Below are positions 1-8,761 of a DNA stretch of 64,000 nt, one piece after another; positions within the stretch are counted from its first letter, which is position 1; every line of letters starts with the position of its first letter. The notes beneath the pieces are model-generated. The model saw only the letters and a list, made by a program, of their open reading frames with translations. It searched no databases and was not told the DNA's origin. Source of the stretch: Candidatus Hydrogenedentota bacterium (GTDB lineage Bacteria; Hydrogenedentota; Hydrogenedentia; Hydrogenedentales; GCA-2746185); NCBI GenBank assembly GCA_046583315.1, contig JAYGCN010000052.1, positions 1 through 64,000 of the forward strand. The letters run 5' to 3'. Made by a program: the position numbers and the translations under genes.

Positions 1-260
1 GGCTCCGGCTGGCGCTCGGAGTCGAAGCTGGCTCCGGCTTTGCCGTCAATGTCGACGACTTTCATTTCAAAATTCATTACCCGTCCCATCATGTCCATTG
101 CAATGGTCCATGTGCCGAGAAAGTCACGGGCTTCGGAAGCGTCCAGGGTAGTTTTGATGGGGTCTTCGGCGTGTGCAGGCGTGAATGACGCGAGGGTAAG
201 CGCTGTTAGCGTGAGTAGGGAGCTGAGAAGCGTCCGTATTAGGCGGTGTGTTGTGCCCAT
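1..260 (-). CDS. Secreted hypothetical protein, N-terminal part (runs off window start)
   Basis: Not in ORF track. Manual translation from ATG at 260 (AAGGA RBS upstream): MGTTHRLIRTLLSSLLTLTALTLASFTPAHAEDPIKTTLDASEARDFLGTWTIAMDMMGRV..., open to position 1, with a Sec-type signal ending AHA. Confidence 0.75.
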   Translation of the reverse strand, partial: MGTTHRLIRTLLSSLLTLTALTLASFTPAHAEDPIKTTLDASEARDFLGTWTIAMDMMGRVMNFEMKVVDIDGKAGASFDSERQPE

Positions 261-379
261 GGCCTTAAAATCCTTTATGAAGCAAAAATACTTTTCAGTT
301 ACGCGGTGGTGGTGCCAGCGTTTGGACAGTGTTGCTCGGATAATGGTTTCACTATCGGAGTAGCAAATTTTAGTTTTAT

Positions 380-412
380 CCGCCGACGCGCCCGGTGTGG
401 ACGCGTCGGCGG
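380..412 (-). terminator. GC-rich hairpin downstream of 430..1689
   Basis: CCGCCGACGCG...CGCGTCGGCGG inverted repeat; no clear U-tract. Confidence 0.45.
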
Positions 413-429
413 GGGAGAGAGTGGGGAGA

Positions 430-1689
430 TTAGTCGCTGCTAACGGGATTGGTCGGCGCGAAGGTCATCCAAGCCAAGTCCATTTCATCGGTTGTCGGAC
501 CACCGAAGCTGATGGAACGGTTCGGATTGAATCCGCCTTTGGCAGCCTGTGCTTCGGAGTTGTCGAACCAGAATTCCATTTCCATGCGGGTTCCAGCAGG
601 AAGTTTTTTGTGGACTTCGAATTCGTAGCCGGTTTGCCAGTTGAAATCCCAATTCGGGACGTGAAGAATTTCTTCGGAAGTACCATCCGGATAGAAGGCG
701 GTGTACTTGGCTTCAACGCCACGCAGGTGCATGTGGGGAAGAATGCTCAGCACAGTAATGTCTTCGTCGAAGGTACGTGATCCGGCGACTTTCCAATGGG
801 GATGGTGCGGGGGAATCGTGAAGGCACCGTGTGAAACGGTAGAAATCTCGACGGGGTGTTTGATTTCGGCGCCTAGTTCGTGGAATTGCAGGCCGATTTC
901 AGAGCTATCGTACATGCCTGTGCCTGGGCCAGCTTCTTTGTGGTAGTGCATCGCGAAAGTGACGTGCGAACCTTTGTGAAGCTTGATACCGAAGCCTTCT
1001 GGCAATTCAGTCTGGTCTGCGCCGGGAGCGTTGCCGCCGAGCATTCCACGTGTTTCGTCGCCTGCGTGCGCAGGAGCATTTGCGTGGCCAATGATGTGAT
1101 GAACGACTTCGCTACCCGGTTTGAATTCGATACTACGGATCCAACGGGTGTCCGGAAGCAGATCTTCGGTCAATTCTACCGTGATGTTTTCGTAGAGGTC
1201 CTGAATTTCATCGGGTACGAAAAACGGCTCGTCAAATGCAACAATGAGATCGGGTTCACCGAAGTTCCAGCCGGTTTTGGAGAATGTCATTGGCGCAGGC
1301 GCATCGGCGGGATTACCACGCGGGGCGCGTTGCTTGACCCAAGTCGTAATCGTATCGATATCATCCTGCGTCAGGGTGCGCTCGTTGCTGAACACGCCGT
1401 GGTATTTTTCGCTGGCATCCCAGGGCGGCATGGTCTTGGATTCGACCGCTTTCGCGATCGATTTTGCCCAGGGGCGCACTTCCTGATAGGTAATCAGGGA
1501 CATCGGAGCGATCATGCCGGACAGGTTTGTTCCCGCTGGGCGGTGACAGGTCTGGCAGTTCTCCTGGAGGATGGGCAACACGTCCTTCGTAAAGGTCGGT
1601 TTTGCCGGGACCTCGGCGGTGGCCGATACAGAAGCAGCCAACGCGATGGCTGCAGTACCGGACATCATTGACGTCAGTAGTTTTTTCAT
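430..1689 (-). CDS. Periplasmic cytochrome c fused to copper type II (PHM/DBH-like) monooxygenase domain
   Basis: Signal peptide; CQTCH heme motif and MPPW distal Met; VVHHII, MHYH, PHMH and DEMD match the His/His/His plus His/His/Met copper ligand pattern. Confidence 0.8.
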   Translation of the reverse strand: MKKLLTSMMSGTAAIALAASVSATAEVPAKPTFTKDVLPILQENCQTCHRPAGTNLSGMIAPMSLITYQEVRPWAKSIAKAVESKTMPPWDASEKYHGVFSNERTLTQDDIDTITTWVKQRAPRGNPADAPAPMTFSKTGWNFGEPDLIVAFDEPFFVPDEIQDLYENITVELTEDLLPDTRWIRSIEFKPGSEVVHHIIGHANAPAHAGDETRGMLGGNAPGADQTELPEGFGIKLHKGSHVTFAMHYHKEAGPGTGMYDSSEIGLQFHELGAEIKHPVEISTVSHGAFTIPPHHPHWKVAGSRTFDEDITVLSILPHMHLRGVEAKYTAFYPDGTSEEILHVPNWDFNWQTGYEFEVHKKLPAGTRMEMEFWFDNSEAQAAKGGFNPNRSISFGGPTTDEMDLAWMTFAPTNPVSSD

Positions 1690-1752
1690 TTCGGTCTCTC
1701 TCCCTTTTTAATTCAATCGATCTTCGTTAATGAATACCGATTACATTATTTT

Positions 1753-2130
1753 TTAGTATTCGCTGATGGAACTGAAGCGAACAACGTTCACACCGTTTCT
1801 TTCGTATTTCAGACCCTGTATGACGACCTTCATTCCAATATAGTCTGCCACGTGGTCGTTTGCGACTTCCAAATGAGACGCCGGTGCGCTGCTACGGAAG
1901 GTGAGCAGCCAGATGGTGTTCGTATCGTCCTCAATGATCCCAACGGGAAACCCTTTTTCCGCGCGATCTTTGGCGGCTTCGACGTTATCTCCTTCAATCA
2001 TGGCATAGGAAGTCAGTTCAACCAGGCTTCCAACGATGATTCCTTTTTCACCCTTGGTGGCAGCATTAACATTGACAATGGCTACTGCAATCAGTGCTAC
2101 GGCAAAGACGGCGATCATACTCTTCTTCAT
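1753..2130 (-). CDS. Small secreted hypothetical protein
   Basis: 125 aa ORF with signal peptide and GGAGG RBS, co-oriented with its neighbours. Confidence 0.75.
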   Translation of the reverse strand: MKKSMIAVFAVALIAVAIVNVNAATKGEKGIIVGSLVELTSYAMIEGDNVEAAKDRAEKGFPVGIIEDDTNTIWLLTFRSSAPASHLEVANDHVADYIGMKVVIQGLKYERNGVNVVRFSSISEY

Positions 2131-2381
2131 AATGTCCTCCCAGACTTTATAGTACTACATATTTTGCCCGCATTGGGCCCTTCTCACAGCCTGTTACCAA
2201 AGGTTTCAGACCAAATCAGTTAGCGAACTATAGTATACGAAGCTGTTTTGGCATGTCCAATGGCGAATCAGGCTCTGTGTGATTCGTGTAACTTGTTTAT
2301 ATTCAACTATTTGCGGAATAATCGAAAATGCCCCGCCGCAGTCACTCTCAGGTTCAACCCCGCATATTCAATACGAGTTCC

Positions 2382-5084
2382 TTATTGCTGCACGGTATCC
2401 GGATACAGCTGGCCGAGCAATGTCATGGCTTCGCTGTATTGTTTGTAGGCCTTGTTCACTCTGGGAATGTCGCCCACGTCGCCCGCCCGGTCCAGGGCCA
2501 GGGAGCTGAGGCCCACCAACTTCTGAATTTTCTTGAGTGTGCCGCGTTGACGCACATTGAGGCCGGATGCCTGGTCGGAGAGTGCTTCGACGAGCGTCTT
2601 GGTGTCCGCGGCCGGGCAGTGAATCTTGAGCCAGTCGGCAGTCTCGATATACGTCGCTATCATCCGGTCTTGTTTGACGATTTCCTGAACGATGCGTGAA
2701 ACGGTCGGCGGCACAACGAACTTCTGGCATTGGTGCGCGTGCAGTTGGAATTCACCCGTGGGTACTGCATTGGGGTCGGGCAGGGGAGTCAACTCTTCGA
2801 ATGTAAAGTCGTAGCGCTTTCGGTCAAGAACATAACGGTCGTCTACGCTCGGTAACCAGATGTGCACGTAGAAGTCGATGGGGAATTCTTTGGGCAGGTC
2901 GGCCGTAAACCAGGTATCGCCGTCTTTGCGACTGGAGAGTTCGTATTCTGTCGTCGTGACGTCGCCAGTGGCTTCGTCTTCTTGCTCGACAAACAACGTC
3001 GCTTTGGTAAAGCGTGTGTCCAGCGGCACTTTCCAGTCGTCGTACATGTACAATTTGAAGATGCCCTCTTTGTGCATGGTGCCTTCGAGATGATGGTACA
3101 GGTTGTCCACCATGAAGAACTGCCAACCGCCGTGCATGGGCGTGTGATCCATGTGGCCCAATCCGGAGACGGGTTGACCGCATCCCGAGCACAGGCCGGG
3201 ACCGTAGTAGATCTTCTGATAATTTTCGCAATCGGGAATCATGCAGGCGTAGGTGTGCACGACTTCGAATTGGGTCTGGTGTCCGAAGGGTTCGCTGCAG
3301 ATGTCGCAATCGCCGGGTGCGAAGTAATCGATTTGTTGGTGATCCTCGTCGCCGCGGTTCACGCACCAGTAGATGTCCGTCTTGCCTGTCTTGCTGAGCT
3401 CCCAGTCGTGGGCGGTGGGTGCCAACTCTTGGCCTTCCATGAAGAACGACTTGGGCTTGAGGTTCATGAAGCAATCGTCGCAGATGCCGGGCTCGGTGTA
3501 GTCGGTGAGTGCGCAGGGGTTGCCGCGCATCGGGCACCAGAAAATGTGGTCGTCATCAAGCGCGACGGAATCAACGAGATCTTTCATGATGGTTTCGTTG
3601 CTATCGTCTTCCGGCAGTGTGCCGCCTTTGGGATCGGGATTGCCGGGATCAAAACCGGGGAAAGCAGGCGTGCTGGCAATGCTCATGCCGGTACCTTCGA
3701 GTTCGGCGGCGGGGCGTTCGCGTGGCACGAACACCTCTTCCACTTTCAGGTGATCGTTTAACATGTAGTCGATGGTGGTACGCATTTTGGCTTCGCGAAA
3801 TCCGTTGCCGGCAGCAAGGGCAATCGGCGGCGAGTTTGGATTGTCCCAATTGTCTTCGGAGTTGTCGTATTTTGCGATGATGTCGATTTTTGAGCCGACG
3901 GGTGCTTCAATGGGTTTGGCGAATCGGTAGGAGGATTCCCATTTCTGCGCCAACTTCGGAAGCCAGATGAGTGTGGAGGTGCGCCCGTCGGGATAGGTCA
4001 ATCGCATTTCGTAATTCTTCGGCACGGGGCCCAGTTCGGGGCGAAGTCCGATCAATAGAATCGCTTCTTCGATGGTGAGCGACGTAGTGACTTCCGCTTC
4101 GGCATCTCCGGCTTTGATTTCGAAGTCGTCTTCCGTCAGTTGAATACTTTCCACCAACAGGTCAATTTCTTCGTCCGGTTGCGCGACGAAGAGGCCGAGT
4201 TTGGAGGAATCGATTACGTCGGTTGACCAGTCCGCGTATTCGGGTCGGGCGTATTGGATGGTGACGGTAACGGTGGAGTCGGTTCTGAACAGGCGCCCAG
4301 CGGCATCGGGAAACAGTACGGGGTCATCGCCTTGCACCCATTGCCCGATGAGGTGTGGACCGGCGGGCATCTCTCGCATGCGGGTCGTTTCAAGGTCGTC
4401 TTCATCGGCGAGCGGATCGTATTCGCCTTGCACTTCCAATTCGAGGGGAGCCAGCTCCGCACCTTCGGCATCGTTCAACCAAGCGGTGATGCTGTGAATG
4501 TTTTTGGGATTCTCAACCAGGAATTCGTAACCGGTGACATACGTTTCTTCTTCGAGCTCGACTGGAACGGTGTAGGTGACGGTTCCGAATTGCTCGTCGG
4601 CTTTAAGGGTGTATGGTTTCTCGGGAGCGACCACGACATCGGGTTCGCCAAATGCCCAGTCGGGTTTTTCAAATTGCTCGGGCATCGGAAGGTTACGAAT
4701 CGGGCCTTGAGGCGATCCGCCACGAACCCATGCGATGATCGTGTCGACTTCCAGCTCGGTGAGATGTTTGCTGCTATCAAATTTTCCGAACCGAGCATCC
4801 GCTTGCCAGGGCGGCATGCGGTCAGTCAGGACTTCTTCTTCGATGGCCACGGCCCAGGCGCGCGCACCGGGATTCGTGTCGTCGCCATAAATCGTCAGGT
4901 TTACATAGTCGGGGGCCATTCCGCCGGGGTGATGGCAGCTCATGCATTTTTCTTCGAGAATTGGTCGGATATCTTTGCCCCAATTCACGTCGGTGGTGAT
5001 GCGGGTATGTGCGCTTGCCAGGGGTGCCAGAGCGATGAGTGCGGCTGGAAGGATGCTGGCGATTCGTCTTGTGGTCGGTTTCAC
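2382..5084 (-). CDS. Secreted multidomain protein: cytochrome c, degenerate monooxygenase-like domain, three Cys-rich heavy-metal-binding repeats, His-rich domain
   Basis: GTG at 5084 with GAGAGGG RBS and signal peptide; CMSCH and MPPW; repeats FWCPMR..PGICDDC, YWCVNR..PGDCDIC, YACMIPDC..PGLCSGC; HMDHTPMHGG...HHLEG. Confidence 0.75.
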   Translation of the reverse strand: MKPTTRRIASILPAALIALAPLASAHTRITTDVNWGKDIRPILEEKCMSCHHPGGMAPDYVNLTIYGDDTNPGARAWAVAIEEEVLTDRMPPWQADARFGKFDSSKHLTELEVDTIIAWVRGGSPQGPIRNLPMPEQFEKPDWAFGEPDVVVAPEKPYTLKADEQFGTVTYTVPVELEEETYVTGYEFLVENPKNIHSITAWLNDAEGAELAPLELEVQGEYDPLADEDDLETTRMREMPAGPHLIGQWVQGDDPVLFPDAAGRLFRTDSTVTVTIQYARPEYADWSTDVIDSSKLGLFVAQPDEEIDLLVESIQLTEDDFEIKAGDAEAEVTTSLTIEEAILLIGLRPELGPVPKNYEMRLTYPDGRTSTLIWLPKLAQKWESSYRFAKPIEAPVGSKIDIIAKYDNSEDNWDNPNSPPIALAAGNGFREAKMRTTIDYMLNDHLKVEEVFVPRERPAAELEGTGMSIASTPAFPGFDPGNPDPKGGTLPEDDSNETIMKDLVDSVALDDDHIFWCPMRGNPCALTDYTEPGICDDCFMNLKPKSFFMEGQELAPTAHDWELSKTGKTDIYWCVNRGDEDHQQIDYFAPGDCDICSEPFGHQTQFEVVHTYACMIPDCENYQKIYYGPGLCSGCGQPVSGLGHMDHTPMHGGWQFFMVDNLYHHLEGTMHKEGIFKLYMYDDWKVPLDTRFTKATLFVEQEDEATGDVTTTEYELSSRKDGDTWFTADLPKEFPIDFYVHIWLPSVDDRYVLDRKRYDFTFEELTPLPDPNAVPTGEFQLHAHQCQKFVVPPTVSRIVQEIVKQDRMIATYIETADWLKIHCPAADTKTLVEALSDQASGLNVRQRGTLKKIQKLVGLSSLALDRAGDVGDIPRVNKAYKQYSEAMTLLGQLYPDTVQQ

Positions 5085-5446
5085 GATAAACCCTCTCTTG
5101 AAAGGTACTTGGATAGAGCGATTCGCGGGTTTCCCCCGCTTCACTACAGAAAAACACAATTTTACTCATGTTAGTTCCGCTTTGTCTAGCTTGCAGACAT
5201 GATGGGACTCCTATAATTGGTCAAAAGTGACGAAAAAGGTGTAACCGAATTCGTGTTAGAACGCACTATGGTATAACGAAACACAGGTTTTTTTCAGTGA
5301 TTTTAGGAGTGCAACATGTTGAAATACTTTAACTTGGACAGCATTTCTTATTCGGATTTTGCGTTCGTGGCGCATCCTGAGATAATAAGGGCTGATCCGG
5401 TACACTGGCCGTCGAATAGCTTTGTTTTTGTCTGCGAGGACCAGTC

Positions 5447-6049
5447 ATGACCTCGATTGCCATCCTCCATCAGGAGTCTGTTGCTTTGGATTTGCCCGCC
5501 GTTTCAGCCGATCTGGAAGATTTACGCCTGTGTCAGCAGGGTGATGAGGCGGCCTATGCACGAATCGTAGGGCGTTATGAAGCGATTATTGCGTGTCAGA
5601 TGTGGCGATTCACCCGGGACGCGCAACGTCTTGAAGAATTGGTGCAGGAAGTTTTTGTTGAAGCGTATCTGAGTCTGCATACTTTTCGCGGCACGGCACC
5701 TTTCGAACACTGGCTTCGCAAGATTGCCTCGCGCGTGGGGTACAAACATTGGAAACACAAAGCGCGTGACACCGAGCGGCGTGAACAGCGCGTTGCGATA
5801 CAATACGATATGTTGCAGAAGAAAAGTGACGCGACGCCGTCGGAAGCCGGCGAGTATTTGTATCAGCTATTGGCGATCTTGCCCACGCAGGAACGCATCG
5901 TGCTTACGTTGTTATATTTTGAAGGCTGGAACACGCAGGAAATCGCGGATCATCTCGGGTGGAGTCGCTCACTCGTGAAGGTCCGGGCGTTTCGTGCGCG
6001 CAAGAAACTGAAAACCAAACTGGAGGCTGCTGGTTATGGGTCCGCTTAA
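5447..6049 (+). CDS. ECF RNA polymerase sigma factor
   Basis: Region 2 (EELVQEVFVEAY..FEHWLRKIA) and region 4 (LLYFEGWNTQEIADHLGWSRSLVKVRAFRARKKL). Confidence 0.9.
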   Translation: MTSIAILHQESVALDLPAVSADLEDLRLCQQGDEAAYARIVGRYEAIIACQMWRFTRDAQRLEELVQEVFVEAYLSLHTFRGTAPFEHWLRKIASRVGYKHWKHKARDTERREQRVAIQYDMLQKKSDATPSEAGEYLYQLLAILPTQERIVLTLLYFEGWNTQEIADHLGWSRSLVKVRAFRARKKLKTKLEAAGYGSA

Positions 6050-6317
6050 TCCAAACGCAGATGACTCGAACGATCCGCTTGAAGCACTGGCGCAACTCGC
6101 GCGGCTGGAGTCCGCTCCGAAGACGCATGTCACACCCTATGTGTTGCGCGAGATTCGGGTGCAGGATCGATTCGTGGCGGGTCGTCCGTTGATGTGGCTC
6201 GCCTTGGCTTCGAGTGTGGCGGCGCTTGCGATTGCCATCATCGCGATTCCAATATTGATGACCTTGCTGGACCCCTTGAATGCGTTGTATCAAACCACGA
6301 GTGCATCGTTGATGTAG
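6036..6317 (+). CDS. Small single-TM putative anti-sigma factor
   Basis: Overlaps the sigma stop codon; short cytoplasmic N-terminus plus one hydrophobic helix. Confidence 0.65.
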   Translation: MGPLNPNADDSNDPLEALAQLARLESAPKTHVTPYVLREIRVQDRFVAGRPLMWLALASSVAALAIAIIAIPILMTLLDPLNALYQTTSASLM

Positions 6318-6325
6318 AAATTCTG

Positions 6326-6895
6326 ATGAATGATTCGAATCACATACGACCACCCCTTCCCAAACCGCCGAGCACGTGGCTGACCCTATTGATGGGTGCT
6401 GTGCTTCTGGTGTGCGGCATTGTGATTGGTGCGGGCGGCACGACGCTGATCGTCCAGAATCGTCTTGAACAGCCCGACGCGGCGCCGAGCCAGTTTAGCC
6501 AACGCCTGATGGGGCGCATGACGCGCGATCTCGACTTGACTGATGAACAGGCCAAAGAGGTTAGAGCCGTGTTTCAATCGCATTCAGTTGAAATGCGAAC
6601 GGTACGCGAGGAGATGGATGGGCGTGTTGATGTGCTTCGGGCAACGATGCAGCAGGAGGTGCGTGCGATTCTTACACCCGAACAGGTGGAGAAATGGGAA
6701 AAACGTATTCAGGAATACAGACGCGATCGGCATGGGCCTCCTCACGATGATGGTTCGCCGCGGAATTTTCGCGATGGCCATCCACCACGTGATCAATTTG
6801 ATGGACCACGTTCGAGGGATGGTCGACGTCCGCCGCCTGATGGGGAGCGTCCACGACCACCTGATGGCGAACGGCCTCCACCGCCTTCTCAATAA
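6326..6895 (+). CDS. Periplasmic heavy-metal sensor / CpxP-Spy-like protein
   Basis: N-terminal TM helix; LDLTDEQ and ILTPEQ (LTxxQ) motifs; Pro/Arg/Asp-rich tail with PPDGERP repeats; ATG at 6326 follows the anti-sigma stop. Confidence 0.75.
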   Translation: MNDSNHIRPPLPKPPSTWLTLLMGAVLLVCGIVIGAGGTTLIVQNRLEQPDAAPSQFSQRLMGRMTRDLDLTDEQAKEVRAVFQSHSVEMRTVREEMDGRVDVLRATMQQEVRAILTPEQVEKWEKRIQEYRRDRHGPPHDDGSPRNFRDGHPPRDQFDGPRSRDGRRPPPDGERPRPPDGERPPPPSQ

Positions 6896-6932
6896 TTTTC
6901 CCGATCGTCTGTGACCCCTTAGCAATAAAAAT

Positions 6933-6967
6933 AAAACGCCAACGCGATAATTCGCGTCGGCGTTTTT
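6933..6967 (+). terminator. Intrinsic terminator of the ECF operon
   Basis: AAAACGCCAACGCGA-TAAT-TCGCGTCGGCGTTTTT hairpin with T-tract, and an A-tract on the other side. Confidence 0.7.
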
Positions 6968-6985
6968 GGGTTTTATCGGGGCCTT

Positions 6986-7088
6986 AAAAAAAAGAGTAGG
7001 GGGCAGGCTGGGTGACCTGCCCCCCGGGCATTAGAACCGTTTTTCGTTTTGGGAGTGGGGCAAAACGGTTCATGAGGATCAATGTTGT
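6986..7088 (-). ncRNA. Candidate small RNA with C-rich loop hairpin and intrinsic terminator
   Basis: Minus strand: TATAAC -10 at 7095-7100; hairpin GAACCGTTTT-GCCCCACTCCCAAAACGA-AAAACGGTTC; terminator GGGGGCAGG-N8-CCTGCCCCC followed by TACTC and T8. Confidence 0.4.
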
Positions 7089-7300
7089 ACCTCTGTTATA
7101 CACTATGTCGGATGGGATTAAAAGCAAAAAACAAGAAAATGTTCAGTAATTGGAGAATATCTCGACATTTAGTGGGTAAAGTGATAATATATATGCGATT
7201 TATTGAAAAACTTGTAACACTTGGACCGCTCGGCTGCGTGACACACCCAATTTTTATTGTTTTTCTTGCGGAATCAACGTGATTCCAGTTCCAACAGACA

Positions 7301-7570
7301 TCATAAAGGTCGGTGTTCGAGGTGAACTTTTAGTACCGCACGGTACTCGCCAGCGTGTACATCGCGTTCGCTACAGACCAACATCAACGTTCCGTCTTCC
7401 ATGAAATTCTCGTCCCACTCCATAAGTTCTTCATCAGTAAAATTCGGACTGTAGGTTTTCAGTTGTTCATCGGACATGTCGCAAAAATACGAACGAAGAT
7501 TCACGTCGGTTTCATCGAACTCGGTGGCGGGTCCAAGGTGTTCATAGTCAATGGCTGGATCGAGTGGCAT
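7301..7570 (-). CDS. Acidic hypothetical protein (89 aa)
   Basis: AGGAG RBS; starts 12 nt after the cytochrome stop codon. Confidence 0.7.
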   Translation of the reverse strand: MPLDPAIDYEHLGPATEFDETDVNLRSYFCDMSDEQLKTYSPNFTDEELMEWDENFMEDGTLMLVCSERDVHAGEYRAVLKVHLEHRPL

Positions 7571-7582
7571 GGTTCTTCTCCT

Positions 7583-8575
7583 TTAATAGTTGCACACCTT
7601 ACTATGTACTTCATAGGCAATAACTTTTTCGTAATCCGATTTATCACTGTGGCAAATCAAACAGGTTGTGTCACGTTCTATTCGTTTCAATACCCGATGT
7701 TTACGTGAGGACTGATCGTGAATGTCGTGACACGTGGTACAGGTAATGTCCGTGAGTCCAGAGAGGACGACGTCCTTCACGTTCTGATACACGTGACGAT
7801 CCGCAGGGTTCATCGCCGCGATGGACTCGTCGGAAAAGTTGACTTCGAAATCTTTGAATAGATTATCCCCGGCGACAAACGAATTTGGATACGGGAGTCC
7901 TGTAGACTGCGAGGTGCCTTCTCGTAGATGGCATTGCGCGCAGGCGGAGGTTTCGACGAGCGAGTCAGTCTTCGCGCTCTTGGCAAAGTGGGCCAAGGCG
8001 GGTTCATTTTGATGCCCTTGCGGTACGTCTCCGTGGCAGACCATGCAATCCAATGAGGGTGACTGAAACGCTTCGTATTCCTGCTCAACCGCTGTCGTGT
8101 GGCAACCGATACATTGCTTCGAGAACAGTTCATTATTCCAGGTGTCGTCGGCATTGATGTTGGATTCGAATTCGCCGGATCGTCGAGCGCTTAGCCGAGA
8201 GTCATGAATCGCGAACTGACCGTACTTTCCGTTTGGTTTCAGGAATCGAATTTGGTTCTTCCTGCCGATGATGTAGGTGGCCTCTTTTGAGACGGGCGAG
8301 ACGGCCGTGGACTGCAGCAATGCCTTGAGCGAGCCAGACAGTGAGTGCACGTTGCGCATGGAGAGATTGTGGGCGTTATTGGCCCACAGATTACCGACCT
8401 TTTCACGGTGACAAAACAGGCATTCATCGCCGGTGACGTAGTCGGGCAGCCTTTTCCCGACGTGGTCGTCGCCCCACGCCGCGGGATCCTGCGTTGATTG
8501 GGCCGATGCAGTGCTGCACAAGGCGAAGAACAGGCATGCAGCGAAAATGCGTATGACTTTCGGCTCTTTTGGCAC
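7583..8575 (-). CDS. Periplasmic multiheme (six-heme) cytochrome c
   Basis: Signal peptide; CLFCH, CIGCH, CMVCH, CAQCH, CTTCH and CLICH. Confidence 0.88.
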   Translation of the reverse strand: MPKEPKVIRIFAACLFFALCSTASAQSTQDPAAWGDDHVGKRLPDYVTGDECLFCHREKVGNLWANNAHNLSMRNVHSLSGSLKALLQSTAVSPVSKEATYIIGRKNQIRFLKPNGKYGQFAIHDSRLSARRSGEFESNINADDTWNNELFSKQCIGCHTTAVEQEYEAFQSPSLDCMVCHGDVPQGHQNEPALAHFAKSAKTDSLVETSACAQCHLREGTSQSTGLPYPNSFVAGDNLFKDFEVNFSDESIAAMNPADRHVYQNVKDVVLSGLTDITCTTCHDIHDQSSRKHRVLKRIERDTTCLICHSDKSDYEKVIAYEVHSKVCNY

Positions 8576-8761
8576 GACGTATCCTTATCCGGGTCGATGA
8601 CGGCACTCGAAAACAGGTATTCACCGTAGCATATAGGGTATCTCGATGCCAGCCGTCCGCGCTTCGTAATTTTTGTGGTAACTTGGATCGTTAATCCCTT
8701 AAACTATTTTTAGTGTGTCATTGAGAACCGAGCTGAAACTGGTGAGAAGGAGAGCGCACTC

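Noticed and set aside
300..318. Sigma54 promoter CTGGCACCACCACCGC on the minus strand
   Set aside because: GG/GC spacing is right but the TT before GC is absent; too weak to call.
880..5174. Long plus-strand ORFs 880..1671, 2862..3761 and 4254..5174
   Set aside because: Antisense shadows of well-supported minus-strand genes, with no motifs of their own.
6826..6890. PPDGERP repeats
   Set aside because: Ordinary low-complexity tail of a CpxP/Spy-like protein.
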